Below are positions 10,621 to 24,032 of a stretch of DNA of 64,000 nucleotides, piece after piece. A program made the position numbers and the translations under genes. Below the pieces are notes generated by a model. It was not told the DNA's origin, did not search any database, and worked only from the letters and a program-made list of their open reading frames with translations. Source of the DNA: Candidatus Nanopelagicales bacterium (GTDB taxonomy: Bacteria > Actinomycetota > Actinomycetes > S36-B12 > UBA5976); the NCBI GenBank assembly GCA_049421205.1, contig JBMSMQ010000001.1:22892-86891 (forward strand). The letters are read 5' to 3'. How positions within the stretch are numbered: the stretch's first letter is position 1; every line of letters starts with the position of its first letter.

Positions 10621-10638
10621 GAAATTTGGCGGGTACCC

Positions 10639-12864
10639 ATGTCTGGCGATAAATCGACGACCGATGTGGCACGGGTGAGTAATTTTCCTGACGTCTTAAC
10701 TGAATATGACGCCGAATTGAAAGACGTTCTGGCGACTTTGAAGAAATACCATCCAAAATCTGATATTGAATTGGTAAAACGTGCATTTGAAAAAGCAGCG
10801 TATCTCCATCGTTTTCAACTTCGAAAAAGTGGGGAGCCCTATATTTCACATCCACTCGCAGCCGCATTCATACTTGCAGATCTGGGTATGACTGCACCAA
10901 CACTTGCAGCCGCCATCCTTCACGATACCGTCGAAGACACTGAATACTCGCTCGAAGAACTTCAAGCAGAATTTGGGGAAGAAATTGCACTGCTCGTAGA
11001 TGGTGTCACCAAATTGGACAAGGTGACATACGGCGAGGCAAGTGCTGCAGAAACCGTACGAAAAATGGTTGTAGCTATGGCACGAGATATTCGTGTTTTA
11101 GTTATCAAACTAGCTGACCGTTTGCACAATATGCGTACGTTAAATTTCGTCGCACCCGACAAGCAACAATCCAAGTCGCGTGAAACCCTCGATATTTTCG
11201 CACCACTTGCACATCGACTTGGAATGAACACATTGAAATGGGAATTAGAAGATCTAAGTTTCAAATACCTTAATCCGAAACGCTACGAAGAGATAATCCG
11301 ACTCGTAGATCAAAAAGCACCTGAGCGAGAAAAAGCCCTACAGGAAGTTATCAGCGAAGTTGAATCTGATTTAAAGAAATCTGGCGTCAAGGCCACCGTT
11401 GTTGGGCGACCAAAACACTATTACAGCGTTTATCAAAAAATGATAGTCCGAGGACGAGATCTTGATGAAATTTATGATCTCGTTGGAATAAGAATTCTCG
11501 TTAAAAATGTAGGTGACTGCTATAGCGTGCTTGGTCGAATTCACGCAAAGTGGAACCCAGTTCCAGGGCGATTTAAAGATTACATAGCGATGCCTAAATT
11601 TACGATGTATCAATCACTCCATACAACGGTCATCGGTCCACAGGGACGTCCTGTTGAATTTCAGATACGAACTGAAGACATGCATCGTCAAGCTGAGTAT
11701 GGAATCGCTGCACATTGGCGCTACAAAGCCGGCAAAGACGCAAAAGCCCCAGATGATTTATCGTGGCTTCGTCAACTGCTTGACTGGCAACGAGAAGCAG
11801 AAGATCCGGACGAATTTCTTGATTCGCTTCGTTACGATCTTGCGTCAAAAGAAGTTTATGTGTTTACTCCGAAAGGCGACGTTATCGCTCTTCCAGTTGG
11901 ATCTACTCCGGTTGATTTTGCCTATAGCGTTCACACCGACATAGGTCATCGCTGTGTTGGTGCCCGTGTGAACGGCAAACTGGTTCCGCTTGAATCCCAA
12001 CTTTCCAATGGAGATGTCGTGGAGGTGTTCACATCAAAAGCACAGGATGCAGCCCCCAATCGAGATTGGCTTAATTTTGTTGCAAGTTCTCGTGCTAAGG
12101 CGAAAATTAAAGCGTGGTTCTCCAAAGAGCGTCGCGAAGGTGCGGAAGAAGTTGGTCGCGACGCAATTGTGAAAGGTATGCGTAAGCAGGGCCTTCCATT
12201 GCAACGCTTAATGACACCAGCGATTATGAGTGCCCTCGCTGCAGATTTGCGCTATCCGGATGTCACAGCACTCTACGCGGCAGTAGGTGATAACAAAATT
12301 TCTGCAACCTTCATCATCCAGCGACTTTTACATTCCCACGGTGGGGTAGAAGGACTACTCGAAGACCTATCCGAGACAGTGACCCCAACTCGAGTTTCAC
12401 GCAGAAAAGGTCTCCCTCAATCTGACCCTGGTGTTGAAGTTGAAGGGGCGGCAGACATCATGGTCAAACTCGCACGATGCTGTACACCAGTGCCAGGTGA
12501 TGACATCCTTGGATATGTAACCCGCGGTCACGGAGTAAGTGTCCATAGATCAGATTGTTCCAACATCAAGGCAATTAGCGACGAGGATCAACGATTCTTG
12601 GATGTGAAATGGGCTCCGCGAGCCAACAGTGTGTTTTTGGTAAACATCCAAATTGAAGCTATTGATAGGTCACGATTACTTTCAGATGTTACGAAGGCAC
12701 TGTCTGATCATCACGTGAATATCTTGAGTGCTTCGGTAACCACAACACGTGATCGTGTTGCACTTTCACGCTTTACATTTGAAATGTCGGACCCACGCCA
12801 TCTAGGTGGCATCCTTCAATCAATCAAGCAAATTGATGGAGTGTATGACTGCTATCGAGTTTAG
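10639..12864 (+). CDS. rel: Bifunctional (p)ppGpp synthetase/hydrolase Rel
   Basis: HD hydrolase region ([13 protein letters not shown]...ILHDTVEDT), synthetase region ([14 protein letters not shown]), and TGS and ACT domains. 741 aa. Confidence 0.96.
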   Translation: MSGDKSTTDVARVSNFPDVLTEYDAELKDVLATLKKYHPKSDIELVKRAFEKAAYLHRFQLRKSGEPYISHPLAAAFILADLGMTAPTLAAAILHDTVEDTEYSLEELQAEFGEEIALLVDGVTKLDKVTYGEASAAETVRKMVVAMARDIRVLVIKLADRLHNMRTLNFVAPDKQQSKSRETLDIFAPLAHRLGMNTLKWELEDLSFKYLNPKRYEEIIRLVDQKAPEREKALQEVISEVESDLKKSGVKATVVGRPKHYYSVYQKMIVRGRDLDEIYDLVGIRILVKNVGDCYSVLGRIHAKWNPVPGRFKDYIAMPKFTMYQSLHTTVIGPQGRPVEFQIRTEDMHRQAEYGIAAHWRYKAGKDAKAPDDLSWLRQLLDWQREAEDPDEFLDSLRYDLASKEVYVFTPKGDVIALPVGSTPVDFAYSVHTDIGHRCVGARVNGKLVPLESQLSNGDVVEVFTSKAQDAAPNRDWLNFVASSRAKAKIKAWFSKERREGAEEVGRDAIVKGMRKQGLPLQRLMTPAIMSALAADLRYPDVTALYAAVGDNKISATFIIQRLLHSHGGVEGLLEDLSETVTPTRVSRRKGLPQSDPGVEVEGAADIMVKLARCCTPVPGDDILGYVTRGHGVSVHRSDCSNIKAISDEDQRFLDVKWAPRANSVFLVNIQIEAIDRSRLLSDVTKALSDHHVNILSASVTTTRDRVALSRFTFEMSDPRHLGGILQSIKQIDGVYDCYRV

Positions 12865-14072
12865 GCATGTTTCATTGCGGCATCAAGTAATGCTCGCGCA
12901 CTTTCAACTTGGGCTTCAAGGGCACTCACCTTAGAAGAGCCTGAATTCCTTGCATCTTCCAGTTCTCGCTCAAGACGATCTAAGTTTTCCTGAAACTTAC
13001 TTGCAGTACTTGCCGCAAACGCTTTGCGATTAGGGTCGGACTTGCGCCATTCTTCAAGTTCTGCTTCCTTAATTGCGTTTTCAACTGCAGAGAGCCTTGC
13101 TTCAATCTCTTTCACGTTTTTGCGAGGAACGTGACCGATTCTTGACCATTCGTCAAGAATTTTCTTGAAAGAGGCCCGAGCTTTCTTGTGATCGGTAACC
13201 GGAACAAGTTCTTCCGCGCGCGAAAGGAGCGCAGTTTTCTTTTCCAAATTCGCTATTTGCTCGGATTCTTGACCTTCAAGAGCTTTAGCTCTGGCTTCAT
13301 AGAACGCATTTTGCGCTTCTCTGAATTGATTCCAAAGTTTCTGTTCATCTTTTTGGTTTCCGCGTGGAGCGGCTTTCCAAAGATTCAATAACTCCTGATA
13401 TCGCCTTGCAGTTTTGACCCAATCTGTGGAGGTTGACAGCTTCTTGGCCTCTTCGATGATGGCATTTTTTGTGGATTTAGATTCCGCACTTACTTTTGAA
13501 AGTTCAGCGAAATGTGCTCGGCGAGCTCGGTCAAATGCCCACCGTGCATTTTTGAAGCGCACCCACAAAGCTTCATCAGATTGCTTATTAGTACGAGGTA
13601 AACGCTTCCATTCAGCGAGTAATTCTTCGAAACGTGCCTGGGTTGCTTTCCACTTGTTTGAATTAGCAAGAAGTTCCGCTTCAGTTGCTATCTCTTCTTT
13701 ACGCAGTAGTGCTGCTTCTCTCGCAAGGGCCCGAGAGGCATTTCTCTCGGCAGCAACGGCATCGGCGAGTAATAAAATCTCAGTTGCTAACACACTGAAA
13801 ATCGCAAGATCTCCAACAACATTTGGTTCGTCAAATTGGGCTTTCAATTTGCTTGCCATCTCGCGAGCGCCAGTAATTGACCCAACGCCAGCCTTCAATC
13901 GCTCAAGTACTAATTTCGCATCAGCAAGAAGGTTGTCGTATCGGGTGGTGTAGAAAGCAAGTGCTTGGGTGGCATCGCCAGCTGTGAATTGACCGACTTG
14001 TCGTGGATTTCCGTCTATAACTACGAAGACCGTTCCGTCTTCAAGTGCATGTCCGAACTGATGTGTGATCAT
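12861..14072 (-). CDS. DUF349 repeat protein (function unknown)
   Basis: At least three DUF349-type repeats, for example [60 protein letters not shown] and [23 protein letters not shown]. The protein is K/E/A-rich and helical. Confidence 0.8.
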   Translation of the reverse strand: MITHQFGHALEDGTVFVVIDGNPRQVGQFTAGDATQALAFYTTRYDNLLADAKLVLERLKAGVGSITGAREMASKLKAQFDEPNVVGDLAIFSVLATEILLLADAVAAERNASRALAREAALLRKEEIATEAELLANSNKWKATQARFEELLAEWKRLPRTNKQSDEALWVRFKNARWAFDRARRAHFAELSKVSAESKSTKNAIIEEAKKLSTSTDWVKTARRYQELLNLWKAAPRGNQKDEQKLWNQFREAQNAFYEARAKALEGQESEQIANLEKKTALLSRAEELVPVTDHKKARASFKKILDEWSRIGHVPRKNVKEIEARLSAVENAIKEAELEEWRKSDPNRKAFAASTASKFQENLDRLERELEDARNSGSSKVSALEAQVESARALLDAAMKHA

Positions 14073-14816
14073 TTAGTTGTTCACCTCCACGAAGCTGGCA
14101 TCGAGAATGCCAATATCTTCAGCTGGTGCGCCATCTGTTGCTCCAGTCGCTACACCCGCTGCTGCGATTTTTTCTACAATATCAAGACCCTGAACAACTT
14201 TCCCAAAAACCGTATAGGTTGGAGAGAGTTGTGAGTCTTGAAAAACAATAAAGAATTGACTACCACTTGTGCCAGGTTGCCCAGAGTTTGCCATCGCAAC
14301 TTGCCCCTTTGTGTACGTCGCAGGGTTTGAGGTTGGCAGGTTCTCTTCAGCAATTCGGTATCCAGGTGAGCCCATACCCGTACCTGTTGGATCTCCACAC
14401 TGCAGAACGTAAATACCTGAAGTCACAATTCGGTGGCAGGGTGAGTTATCAAAGAAATTATTGTCCGTGAGGAATTGCATTGAATTTGCAGTCACTGGTG
14501 CTCGCGACGCGTCAACTTCGATCACGATGTCACCGCAGTTAGTGGAAAGCGTCCAATTGTATGTTCCCGTAGTTATCGAAGATGCTGGTGCAGTTTCCCA
14601 TTGTGATGGGTTCGAATTTGCTGTTGGTGCCGGTTCACAGATGCCAGATGAGGTCTCTGAATCGCCAGTGAAAAATACAACGAAGATGACAGCGAGAACT
14701 GCCAAACCTCCAATAACACCAAACAGCATAGATGTGGAACTATTTCGGCGCCTCTTCAACTGACGCTCCCGCTTGGCACGAGCCAAGTCACGCTCACGCT
14801 TATTCGAAGATGCCAC
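14073..14816 (-). CDS. Membrane-anchored cyclophilin-type peptidyl-prolyl cis-trans isomerase
   Basis: HRIVTSGIYVLQCGDPTGTGMGSPGY and MANSGQPGTSGSQFFIV, with a basic N-terminus and one TM helix. I prefer GTG 14816 because GGAGGAAAT lies immediately upstream on the minus strand. The ORF track extends to TTG 14894. Confidence 0.88.
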   Translation of the reverse strand: MASSNKRERDLARAKRERQLKRRRNSSTSMLFGVIGGLAVLAVIFVVFFTGDSETSSGICEPAPTANSNPSQWETAPASSITTGTYNWTLSTNCGDIVIEVDASRAPVTANSMQFLTDNNFFDNSPCHRIVTSGIYVLQCGDPTGTGMGSPGYRIAEENLPTSNPATYTKGQVAMANSGQPGTSGSQFFIVFQDSQLSPTYTVFGKVVQGLDIVEKIAAAGVATGATDGAPAEDIGILDASFVEVNN

Positions 14817-14940
14817 ATTTCCTCCAAGGCCGACAAGGTGGGTAAGTCTAAGAGATAGAGGTAAAGAAGGAATATCGCCTTCTGGGATGCTCAAAGGTAT
14901 ATGGTTCTCCCACCGCAGACCGTCTATCTGAGGGGTGAAA

Positions 14941-15609
14941 ATGTTGATTACTGGGTTTCCAGCCGGTCCCTGGGCAACTAATTGTTATGTGGTTGCCCCC
15001 TCACCCGATTCCGAATGCATAGTCATTGACCCGGGTTATGAGTCGCTGAAGCAAATCAAAGAAATTGTCGCGGAATATAACTTAAAGCCAATTGCGACCC
15101 TCCTCACGCATGGACATATTGATCATATGTGGAGTGTCACGCCACTTGCTGACGGCTATGAAATTCCTGCGATGATTCATGAAGCAGATAGAGAAATGCT
15201 GGCTCACCCAGAAAATGGTGTGAGTGAGGCTGGACGAGAAATGATTCATCAACTTGGTGGAAAATTTGCAGAGCCACAATCCGTGACCACTTTTCAGGGA
15301 GACACTGAAATTTCGCTTCTCGGTATCACCTTGTCAATGCTTCATCTTCCTGGACACACACCAGGATCGATTGCCTACTATCTTGCTGAGCAAGGAACTC
15401 TCTTTAGTGGAGATGTTTTATTTGAATTTGGAATAGGTAGAACCGATTTACCAGGTGGTAGTGGTACTGCAATGAAGCGAAGTGTCCAAAAACTCTTTGA
15501 TTTGGTTCCGGACGAAACAACTGTTCTTTGCGGCCATGGGAATCAAACCACGATAGGTGCCGAAAGAATGAACAATCCATATATTCAAGATTGGTTACAA
15601 CATGCCTGA
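14941..15609 (+). CDS. MBL-fold metallo-hydrolase (glyoxalase II-like)
   Basis: THGHIDH metal motif and PGHTPGS. ATG 14941 is preceded by GAGGGG; the ORF track starts at GTG 14935. Confidence 0.85.
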   Translation: MLITGFPAGPWATNCYVVAPSPDSECIVIDPGYESLKQIKEIVAEYNLKPIATLLTHGHIDHMWSVTPLADGYEIPAMIHEADREMLAHPENGVSEAGREMIHQLGGKFAEPQSVTTFQGDTEISLLGITLSMLHLPGHTPGSIAYYLAEQGTLFSGDVLFEFGIGRTDLPGGSGTAMKRSVQKLFDLVPDETTVLCGHGNQTTIGAERMNNPYIQDWLQHA

Positions 15610-16864
15610 GATATTCAAAGCACCCAAAGGTGTTCCAGATTATGTGCCAGCAGAGTCAGCCGTTTTTCTTGCTGTGAGGGAAGCACTCATTGCACCAATT
15701 GTGAATGCTCATTACGACTACATAGAACTTCCTGTTTATGAAGATACAGCACTATTCGAAAGAGGTGTAGGTCAGTCAACTGATGTTGTGCAAAAAGAAA
15801 TGTTCACCTTTGAAGATCGGGGTGGAAGATCAATTACTCTGAGGCCCGAGGGCACAGCAGGAGTAATTCGAGCCGTCATAGAACATAATCTTCACAAGGG
15901 TCAACTGCCATTAAAACTCTGGTATGCAGGTGCGTTTTTCCGCGCAGAGCGTCCACAAGCAGGACGGTATCGTCAATTGCAGCAGGTTGGTATCGAAGCA
16001 ATTGGAAGTGATGATCCAGCGTTGGATGCTGAGGTCATTGCAATTGCAGATGATGGGTTTAGAAATGTTGGCTTAACTGGTTTCGAACTGCAGATGAATT
16101 CGCTTGGATGTAGAGATTGTAGATTGCAATACAGGGAGCAACTCACAGCATTTCTTGTAAATGTCACTATGGATGAAGAAACTCGAAATCGCGCACTCTT
16201 GAACCCATTACGGGTGCTCGATGATAAACGAGAAGAGATTCAGAAACAGTTGCAAAATGCTCCATTACAAGTCGATACTTTATGTATTTCTTGTTTGGAG
16301 CACTATTCCGAGGTGAAATCAATTCTTCAGGTACTTGGAATTTCATACAATGAAAATCCTCGTATGGTGCGCGGACTTGATTATTACACGAAAACAACGT
16401 TTGAATTTATTCATCCTTTGCTTGGTGCTCAATCCGGTATCGGAGGAGGAGGGCGATACGACGGGTTGATGTCGGAACTTGGTGGCGAAGATCTCTCCGG
16501 CATTGGATTTGGATTAGGTGTAGATCGGACTCTCTTAGCCTTACGCCTAGAAGGAAAGACCCTTGAAGTGCCTAATTGTGATGCCTATGTGATTGCACTC
16601 GGAGATGATGCTCGATTACATGGACTCAAGATCGTTCGACAGCTGAGATCTTCAGGCTACATCGCTGACTTTGCGTTCGGAAATCGATCGCTCAAGGGTG
16701 CGATGAAGGCTGCCGATAAATTGAACGCCAAATTTGTCATTGTTATTGGTGATGAAGAAATTCAATCAAATAGAGTAAACGTTAAGAATATGGAGACCGG
16801 TGAGAGTCAATCTGTATCGACAACTGAACTTCAAAATTTCATTCAACAATCCGGAGGCGAGTAA
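15602..16864 (+). CDS. hisS: Histidine--tRNA ligase
   Basis: [37 protein letters not shown] and GGGRYD. 8-nt overlap with the upstream gene. Confidence 0.96.
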   Translation: MPEIFKAPKGVPDYVPAESAVFLAVREALIAPIVNAHYDYIELPVYEDTALFERGVGQSTDVVQKEMFTFEDRGGRSITLRPEGTAGVIRAVIEHNLHKGQLPLKLWYAGAFFRAERPQAGRYRQLQQVGIEAIGSDDPALDAEVIAIADDGFRNVGLTGFELQMNSLGCRDCRLQYREQLTAFLVNVTMDEETRNRALLNPLRVLDDKREEIQKQLQNAPLQVDTLCISCLEHYSEVKSILQVLGISYNENPRMVRGLDYYTKTTFEFIHPLLGAQSGIGGGGRYDGLMSELGGEDLSGIGFGLGVDRTLLALRLEGKTLEVPNCDAYVIALGDDARLHGLKIVRQLRSSGYIADFAFGNRSLKGAMKAADKLNAKFVIVIGDEEIQSNRVNVKNMETGESQSVSTTELQNFIQQSGGE

Positions 16865-18610
16865 ATGTATAGAACACGATACGCAGGCGAAATATCACGT
16901 GCAGACATCGGATCAAATTTGACGCTTGCAGGCTGGGTGGCACGCAGACGAGATCATGGAGGGGTTGCATTTATTGACCTCCGCGATGCAAGTGGCGTAG
17001 TACAAGTCGTCATTCGTGATGAGTCTGTTGCTGAGACTATCCGTCTTGAATATTGCATACAGATTGAAGGAATTGTTGAACAAAGGCCAGAAGGAAATGA
17101 AAACTCAGAGTTAGCGACGGGTGAAATTGAGGTAGTCGCAACCAGAGTTACCGTGCTGAGCGAATCGGCGCCACTTCCGTTTTCAATCAGCGATAAGACT
17201 GACATCGGCGATGAGGCACGACTGAAGTGGCGATATCTTGATCTGCGTCGCGATAAGCCCGCCCAAGCGCTGAGAACCAGAAGCAAAATGAACCAGATTG
17301 CAAGAAATCTTTTAAATGCAGAACGTTTTGTTGAGGTGGAAACTCCAACGTTGACTCGTAGCACTCCAGAAGGCGCACGAGATTTTCTTGTTCCCGTTCG
17401 TTTGAAGCCAGGAAGCTGGTATGCGCTACCTCAAAGCCCACAGCTTTTCAAGCAACTTTTAATGGTTGGCGGACTAGAACGTTACTATCAAATAGCTCGT
17501 TGTTATCGAGATGAAGATTTCAGGGCGGATCGGCAGCCTGAATTCACACAGTTAGATATTGAAATGTCATTTGTGAATCAAGAAGACGTGATCGAACTTG
17601 CCGAGAAAATCGTACGAGCACTCTGGGGAGAAATTCTTAATATTGAAATCGGCACAATCCCACGAATGACATATGCAGAAGCAATGGCACGGTATGGAAG
17701 TGACAAACCAGATTTACGCTTCGATATTGAACTAAAAGATTTGACCAAGTACTTTGAAAAAACTGACTTTCGGGTATTCCAAGCAGAGTATGTGGGTGCC
17801 GTCGTAATGGCTGGTGGTGCAGACCAACCTCGTCGTACATTTGATGCTTGGCAAGAATGGGCCAAACAACGTGGAGCAAAAGGGCTTGCATATGTAACGA
17901 TCGCCGAAGATGGCGAGTTAGGTGGCCCTGTCGCCAAAAATTTGAGTGATGACGAGCGTAAGAATCTCGCATCGTTCGTAGGAGCAACAGCAGGCGATTG
18001 CATTTTCTTTGCTGCAGGAAAACGAAACGAAGCGCGAGCATTATTAGGTGCTGCACGAGCGGAAATAGCAGATCGTTTAGGGCTCATTGCTGAAGATGCT
18101 TGGTCATTCCTCTGGGTCATTGATGCTCCAATGTTCGAAGAGATAGAGACTGAGGATGGATCTTTAGCGTGGACGGCGGTTCACCATCCTTTTACATCAC
18201 CGAATGGTGAGTGGATAAATTCCTTTACAAGTAATCCCGCGGATGCACTTGCGTGGGCGTATGACATTGTCTGTAATGGCAACGAAATCGGAGGGGGATC
18301 GATTCGAATTCACCAGTCTGAAATCCAGCGACAAGTCTTCGATGTACTTGGTCTTTTACCAGAAGAGGCGAATGAAAAGTTTGGATTCCTACTTGAAGCA
18401 TTCAAGTATGGTCCACCACCACATGGAGGTATTGCCTTTGGTTGGGATCGCATTGTTATGTTGCTGACAAAAGCAGCAAATCTTCGAGAAGTAATCGCAT
18501 TTCCAAAGACCGGTGGTGGATACGATCCGCTCACAGGGGCTCCAACCCCGATTACACCCCAGCAACGCAAAGAGGCTGGAATAGATTTCAAACCAAAGCC
18601 ACAGGAATGA
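16865..18610 (+). CDS. aspS: Aspartate--tRNA ligase
   Basis: [35 protein letters not shown] and [11 protein letters not shown] lies directly after the hisS TAA. Confidence 0.96.
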   Translation: MYRTRYAGEISRADIGSNLTLAGWVARRRDHGGVAFIDLRDASGVVQVVIRDESVAETIRLEYCIQIEGIVEQRPEGNENSELATGEIEVVATRVTVLSESAPLPFSISDKTDIGDEARLKWRYLDLRRDKPAQALRTRSKMNQIARNLLNAERFVEVETPTLTRSTPEGARDFLVPVRLKPGSWYALPQSPQLFKQLLMVGGLERYYQIARCYRDEDFRADRQPEFTQLDIEMSFVNQEDVIELAEKIVRALWGEILNIEIGTIPRMTYAEAMARYGSDKPDLRFDIELKDLTKYFEKTDFRVFQAEYVGAVVMAGGADQPRRTFDAWQEWAKQRGAKGLAYVTIAEDGELGGPVAKNLSDDERKNLASFVGATAGDCIFFAAGKRNEARALLGAARAEIADRLGLIAEDAWSFLWVIDAPMFEEIETEDGSLAWTAVHHPFTSPNGEWINSFTSNPADALAWAYDIVCNGNEIGGGSIRIHQSEIQRQVFDVLGLLPEEANEKFGFLLEAFKYGPPPHGGIAFGWDRIVMLLTKAANLREVIAFPKTGGGYDPLTGAPTPITPQQRKEAGIDFKPKPQE

Positions 18611-19911
18611 CTCCGCTAGCGATACGAATGCGACCAGCATCACTTCAGGCTGTTGTCGGAAATAAAAAAGCGCTTATTGCAGGTGGACCGCTTCGCTTAC
18701 TACTTGAAGGTGGAAGTAAAACCAGCGTAATTTTGTGGGGCCCGCCAGGTAGCGGAAAAACTACATTGGCACGGCTTGTCAGCAAGACATCTGATGAGTT
18801 TCATGACCTTTCAGCACTCAGTATCGGAGTAAAAGACATTCGGGATATTGCAGAGGTTGCAAAGCATCAGATGTCAGAAGGACGAAGCACTTCAGTATTC
18901 ATCGATGAGATTCATCGATTTAACAAAGCGCAACAAGATGCACTTTTACCTGCAGTAGAAAACGGATGGATAACCCTCCTAGGTGCGACAACTGAGAATC
19001 CGTACTTTTCAATCAATAATGCCCTTCTTTCTCGTGTGAGATTAGTGAAACTCGAAGCGTTGACTGATGAAGATATCGAGTTGCTCTTACTCAATGCTAT
19101 TGAACATAAAAATGGTTTGGCTGGGAATTATGTATGTGAACAAGATGTCGTTTCTGCAATAACCCAGATTTCTTCTGGGGATGCCAGGCTTGCGCTCACA
19201 TTGCTTGAGAACGTTGCAAATTACGCAGATTCACAGGGAAGAGCGAATATTTCAGTTTCAGATCTAGAAGCGGTACGTGGTGAAATAATTTCAAAGTATG
19301 ACCGAGATGGAGATTCTCACTATGACGTAACGAGTGCATTCATAAAGAGTATGCGCGGTTCTGATGTGCAGGCTGCAATTCATTACCTTGTAAGGATGCT
19401 CAATGCAGGTGAAGATCCACGTTTCATTGCTCGACGTATTGTGATTTTGGCAAGTGAAGATATTGGATTGGCCGATAATTCAGCGTTACAAACAGCGATT
19501 GCTGCTTACCATGCTGTGAGTTTCATAGGTATGCCAGAAGCGGCACTCACATTGGCTCATGCTGTAATTCACTGTTCGCTTGCACCTAAAAGTAACTCCG
19601 TTACGAAAGCACTACAAGAAGCATCGAATGATATTCGCCAAGGCAAAGGTGCTGATGTTCCAATTGAATTACGCGATGGGCATTACGCAGGCTCCCGAAC
19701 CTTAGGACATGGAGTGGACTATCAATATCCGCACGATCTTCCCGGAGGTATTGCGCCCTATGAATACCTACCAAGTGATTTGATTGGTCGTACCTATTAT
19801 GTGCCTACACATCATGGAAATGAGAAGCGTTGGGCGGAAGTGCTCAAAGCGATTGAAGGAGCACTCGGGAAGGTAGTCTCTGACAGTGAAAAGAAAGGGA
19901 CAATAGGGTGA
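18607..19911 (+). CDS. rarA: Replication-associated recombination protein A (RarA/MgsA)
   Basis: Walker [12 protein letters not shown] and [21 protein letters not shown] 18607 forms ATGA with the aspS stop. The 55-aa extension in the ORF track (from 18442) lies inside aspS. Confidence 0.92.
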   Translation: MTPLAIRMRPASLQAVVGNKKALIAGGPLRLLLEGGSKTSVILWGPPGSGKTTLARLVSKTSDEFHDLSALSIGVKDIRDIAEVAKHQMSEGRSTSVFIDEIHRFNKAQQDALLPAVENGWITLLGATTENPYFSINNALLSRVRLVKLEALTDEDIELLLLNAIEHKNGLAGNYVCEQDVVSAITQISSGDARLALTLLENVANYADSQGRANISVSDLEAVRGEIISKYDRDGDSHYDVTSAFIKSMRGSDVQAAIHYLVRMLNAGEDPRFIARRIVILASEDIGLADNSALQTAIAAYHAVSFIGMPEAALTLAHAVIHCSLAPKSNSVTKALQEASNDIRQGKGADVPIELRDGHYAGSRTLGHGVDYQYPHDLPGGIAPYEYLPSDLIGRTYYVPTHHGNEKRWAEVLKAIEGALGKVVSDSEKKGTIG

Positions 19912-22556
19912 AATCTGCTGAAATTAGACAGCGGTTTTTGGACTACTTCCAAACCAATGGTCACACAGTTGTTCCCTCAGCATCATTGTTGCTTGACGAC
20001 CCAACATTACTTTTTGTCAATGCTGGGATGGTTCCCTTTAAACCATATTTCCTTGGCTCTGCAGTCGCAGACTACAAACGTGCAACCAGTGTCCAAAAAT
20101 GTGTAAGAACGCTTGATATTGAAGAGGTCGGAAAGACAACGCGACACGCGTCATTTTTTCAAATGGCTGGAAATTTCTCATTCGGGGACTATTTCAAAGA
20201 AGGTGCGATTCCTTATGCCTGGGAATTATTGACGAATCCCGATATCGGGTATGGATTTGATGAAAGTAAATTGTGGGTAACTGTTTATACAGATGATGAT
20301 GAAGCTGAAGAAATCTGGCATAAAAAAGTTGGTGTGCCAAAAAATAGAATTCAGCGACGAGGCCAAGCGGACAATTTTTGGTCGATGGGCGTTCCAGGTC
20401 CCTGCGGTCCGTGTTCAGAAATTTACTACGACCGAGGTCCTGAGTTTGGGAAAGAAGGCGGACCCATTGTTGATGAAGATCGGTACCTTGAAGTTTGGAA
20501 TCTCGTCTTCATGCAATTTGAACGAGGCGAGGGAGCAGGTAAAGAAAATTACCCGATACTCGGTGAACTTCCCGCAAAAAACATCGATACAGGTATGGGA
20601 ATCGAACGAATGGCTGCTCTGCTTCAAGGAGTCGACAACATCTATGAAATTGATACGACGCGTGCAATTCTCGACACTGCATCAGAAATTACAGGTGTCA
20701 AGTACCTGGCAAATCCACAATCGGATATTGCACTTCGCGTCATTGCAGATCACTCGCGTACCTGTGCATTTCTGATCAATGACGGTGTAATTCCTGGCAA
20801 CGAGGGTCGCGGCTATGTATTACGCCGTCTAATGAGGCGAGTGATTCGAAATATGCGCGTACTCGGTTCAAACGATCCATCAATCGGAGCACTCGTCACT
20901 TCTGCAATTGCATCGATGAAAGACCAGTACCCAGAGTTTGGCCAAGCGGAGAAACGAATAGTTGATATTTCGGTGAATGAAGAAGAAGCCTTTAGCCAAA
21001 CCCTCGCTTCAGGAACACAGATAATTGATACTGCAATATCTTCTGTAAGGAGTGATAAGAAGTCTACCCTCACAGGTGACGTGGCATTCCAATTACATGA
21101 CACATATGGATTTCCGATAGACCTAACAATTGAAATGGCGAGAGAAGCGGGTATTACAGTTGATGAAACTCGCTTTCGAGAACTTATGGCGCAACAACGA
21201 GAACGAGCTAAAGCAGATGCTCGGGCTCGAAAAATGGGGCTGACATCACCTACAGCGTACAAAAATGTTATGGACAAGCATGGAAAAACTGAATTTGTTG
21301 GTTACGACTTTTCAGAGTGCGAAACCAAAATTACTGGCATTTTCCAAGATGGCGAAGAAATTCGACAAGCGTCCGAAGGCGATTTTGTGGAAGTCATTCT
21401 TAATGCCTCACCTTTCTATGCTGAAGGTGGTGGCCAACTTGGAGATCATGGTGTCATCACACTAAGTGACAACTCAACGATTGAAGTATTCGATGTTCAA
21501 AGCCCTGTGCAAGGAGTTATTGTTCATCGAGCACAGGTTATCAAAGGTGTTGTCGAGGTTGGGAAAGAAGCGTTTGCAACAATTGATCAAGAACGACGTT
21601 TAGCTATCAGTCGGGCCCACACTGCCACCCACATGATTCACAAAGCTTTTCGTGAAATCTTGGGTGAGGCAGCGACACAGATGGGTAGTGAAAACTCACC
21701 TGGACGACTTCGTTTCGATTTTCCATCCCCCAAAGCGGTTGGTGATATGACACTTAACGAAGTCGAAGCCCGAGTGAACAATGTTTTGATTGAAGATCTT
21801 ACAGTCAACGCTCAATACATGAGCCAAGATGAGGCGCGCTCAATTGGCGCGATGGCGCTCTTTGGTGAGAAATACGGCGACAGAGTCAGGGTGATTTCCG
21901 TTGGTGAATGGGCGAAAGAACTCTGCGGGGGTACTCACACTCCAAGTACAGGTAATTTGGGTTTAATCAAATTTCTTTCAGAAGGATCTATCGGAAGTGG
22001 AATTCGCAGAGTTGAAGCGCTCGTGGGTACTGATGCTTACAAATACCTTGCCACCGAGCACATGCTTTTAGGCAACATTCTTCAAACCCTGAAATCAAAT
22101 CCGGAAGAAGTTGTTCACAAACTCACCTCAACGCTTCAACGTCTGAAAGATGTAGAGAAGGAACTTGAAGAATTACGCCTACAGAAAAGTGTTTCAGAAT
22201 TTAAGCAGACAGCAGCGATTGAAACTCTAGCCTCAGGTGCGACATTGCGTGTATCAGTATTGTCACCAGACCTAAACTTCGGACAACTTAGAAACCTGGC
22301 AAATGCGCTTTCACTGCAAACTGCAACTTTGACAATATTAGGCTCGAAGAGTGCAGATAATTTCAATCTTGTGGTACATGTCAATAAAGATGCAAAGGCA
22401 ATTGGGATTGATGCCGCTGTGGTTATCTCTGAAATCAACTTAAGACACACTGGCAAAGGTGGCGGTAATGCAGATTTTGCGCAAACTACACTTTCGGAAA
22501 ACCTCAGCAATGCTCAAATAGTCTCAATTGCAAAGTCAATTTTGGATTTGCAGTGA
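19908..22556 (+). CDS. alaS: Alanine--tRNA ligase
   Basis: [36 protein letters not shown], editing motifs HTATH and CGGTH. GTGA overlap with rarA. Confidence 0.97.
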   Translation: MKSAEIRQRFLDYFQTNGHTVVPSASLLLDDPTLLFVNAGMVPFKPYFLGSAVADYKRATSVQKCVRTLDIEEVGKTTRHASFFQMAGNFSFGDYFKEGAIPYAWELLTNPDIGYGFDESKLWVTVYTDDDEAEEIWHKKVGVPKNRIQRRGQADNFWSMGVPGPCGPCSEIYYDRGPEFGKEGGPIVDEDRYLEVWNLVFMQFERGEGAGKENYPILGELPAKNIDTGMGIERMAALLQGVDNIYEIDTTRAILDTASEITGVKYLANPQSDIALRVIADHSRTCAFLINDGVIPGNEGRGYVLRRLMRRVIRNMRVLGSNDPSIGALVTSAIASMKDQYPEFGQAEKRIVDISVNEEEAFSQTLASGTQIIDTAISSVRSDKKSTLTGDVAFQLHDTYGFPIDLTIEMAREAGITVDETRFRELMAQQRERAKADARARKMGLTSPTAYKNVMDKHGKTEFVGYDFSECETKITGIFQDGEEIRQASEGDFVEVILNASPFYAEGGGQLGDHGVITLSDNSTIEVFDVQSPVQGVIVHRAQVIKGVVEVGKEAFATIDQERRLAISRAHTATHMIHKAFREILGEAATQMGSENSPGRLRFDFPSPKAVGDMTLNEVEARVNNVLIEDLTVNAQYMSQDEARSIGAMALFGEKYGDRVRVISVGEWAKELCGGTHTPSTGNLGLIKFLSEGSIGSGIRRVEALVGTDAYKYLATEHMLLGNILQTLKSNPEEVVHKLTSTLQRLKDVEKELEELRLQKSVSEFKQTAAIETLASGATLRVSVLSPDLNFGQLRNLANALSLQTATLTILGSKSADNFNLVVHVNKDAKAIGIDAAVVISEINLRHTGKGGGNADFAQTTLSENLSNAQIVSIAKSILDLQ

Positions 22557-22984
22557 AAAAAAGAGGCGTCAGAATAGGTCTCGACATTGGAAGAGTGAGA
22601 ACAGGGATATCACGAAGCGATGAATCGGGGACAATAGTGTTTCCACACGATGTTGTGCTGAGTGAAACATTACCCGAAGTAATCCAAAAGCTTATACAGG
22701 AATTCGAACCGATCACCTTCTATATTGGATTGCCGACCAATCTGCAAGGAGACGAAGGAATTGCTGCGAAAGAAATAAGAAATACTGCCGATGCAATTTT
22801 TGCAACGATTGACACCCCCCATGTATATGTAGATGAACGTATGACAACCAGGATAGCCGAGTCTCGTCTCAGAAACCTTGAGTTTTCTCAGCGTGATATG
22901 CGATCTAAAATTGACGCTATGGCCGCAGTTGTCCTGCTTGAAGACGCACTTGATCTAGAGCAGAGGTCGTTCATCAATGAGTAA
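22553..22984 (+). CDS. ruvX: Putative pre-16S rRNA nuclease / Holliday junction resolvase-like RuvX (YqgF)
   Basis: [18 protein letters not shown]-terminus, the conserved position after alaS, and a GTGA overlap. Confidence 0.9.
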   Translation: MKKRGVRIGLDIGRVRTGISRSDESGTIVFPHDVVLSETLPEVIQKLIQEFEPITFYIGLPTNLQGDEGIAAKEIRNTADAIFATIDTPHVYVDERMTTRIAESRLRNLEFSQRDMRSKIDAMAAVVLLEDALDLEQRSFINE

Positions 22985-24032
22985 TTTTGGGTTTTCTATG
23001 CAAGCACCTCCACCTAAGCGTTCACGCCCGTGGCTGATACTTGCTCCACTCTTCGCGGTAGTTTTGGTAGTCGCCATAACGGTTGCGAGATCACTACAGC
23101 CGCCACCAGATTTTGATGGAAATGGCTCTGGTGAAGTGCTGGTCGAGATTCAGCAAGGCGACACTTTGCGAGAAATTGGGCTTAATCTCTTGGATAAAGG
23201 TGTTATTGCTGGAATTGAAGCATGGATTGCAGTAGTAAATTCAGATAACCGTGCGCTATCCGTTTCACCTGGTTCCTACAATCTGCGATCAGAGATGAGT
23301 GCTCGTTCGGCACTTGAATTACTGCTTGATCCATCGAGCCGTGCTGTTTTGAAACTCGCCATTCCTGAAGGATTAAGGGCTAACGAGATTATCAAGCGAG
23401 CAGCAAAGGTCACGGGCATTGACATACTTGAGTTCGAGACTCTCTTAGAAGACCCAACGCCACTGAACCTTCCAGCAATCGCGAATGGCAATGTTGAAGG
23501 ATTTCTCTTTCCTGCCACCTATGAAATTCCTAAGAACGCGACAGCAGAGACAGTGCTTCAGCAAATGGTCGACCGATTTAGACAGGCTTATGAAGAATTA
23601 GAGCTGAGTCGAAGAGCTGCGGCAGCAGGACGAAGTGTGAGAGATATCTTGATCATTGCGTCAATTCTTGAATTAGAAGGAAAAGTAGGGGATTACTCCA
23701 AGATTTCGCGAGTGATTGAGAATCGATTGAAAATCAATATGTTGCTTCAAATGGATTCGACTGTGAATTATGCACTCGGGACTAAGGAATTGCAATTAAC
23801 AGAGGAGCAACTAAAAAACAATTCGTTGTACAACACCTATGTTCATAAAGGCTTACCACCAGGTCCAATTGGAAATCCTGGCGAAGCAGCACTTGAGGCA
23901 GCACTTGAACCTGCACCTGGTTCATGGCTCTACTTCGTTACCACGAATCCTAAAAAAGGAATAACAGAGTTTGCTGTGACATATGAAGAGTTCTTGGAAC
24001 TCAAGCGAAAATTCCAATCGAATGTCGACTAA
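22977..24032 (+). CDS. mltG: Endolytic murein transglycosylase MltG (YceG-like)
   Basis: N-terminal TM helix, GFLFPATYEI, ASILELEG, NTYVHKGLPPGPIGNPG. Confidence 0.9.
   Translation: MSNFGFSMQAPPPKRSRPWLILAPLFAVVLVVAITVARSLQPPPDFDGNGSGEVLVEIQQGDTLREIGLNLLDKGVIAGIEAWIAVVNSDNRALSVSPGSYNLRSEMSARSALELLLDPSSRAVLKLAIPEGLRANEIIKRAAKVTGIDILEFETLLEDPTPLNLPAIANGNVEGFLFPATYEIPKNATAETVLQQMVDRFRQAYEELELSRRAAAAGRSVRDILIIASILELEGKVGDYSKISRVIENRLKINMLLQMDSTVNYALGTKELQLTEEQLKNNSLYNTYVHKGLPPGPIGNPGEAALEAALEPAPGSWLYFVTTNPKKGITEFAVTYEEFLELKRKFQSNVD

Noticed and set aside
13414-13953. 179-aa plus-strand ORF antisense to the DUF349 gene
   Set aside because: It is a low-complexity S/A/R-rich translation that mirrors the K/E/A-rich repeat gene on the other strand. 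It has no recognisable motif, no RBS context, and is fully contained in a well-supported CDS.
17578-18120. 180-aa and 139-aa minus-strand ORFs inside aspS
   Set aside because: These are shadow ORFs opposite a conserved aminoacyl-tRNA synthetase gene, with no family resemblance.
18442-18606. N-terminal extensions in the ORF track (rarA 18442; also ruvA 5810, aroE 23983, aroC 25237, coaE 35759, secG 48975, sufR 53415, sufB 54037, Rieske 56662, PPIase to 14894)
   Set aside because: The extensions overlap the preceding conserved gene or a terminator, translate to non-conserved sequence, and in several cases begin at non-ATG codons (TTG for sufR and the PPIase). Internal starts give canonical family N-termini, often with an RBS or a stop-start overlap.
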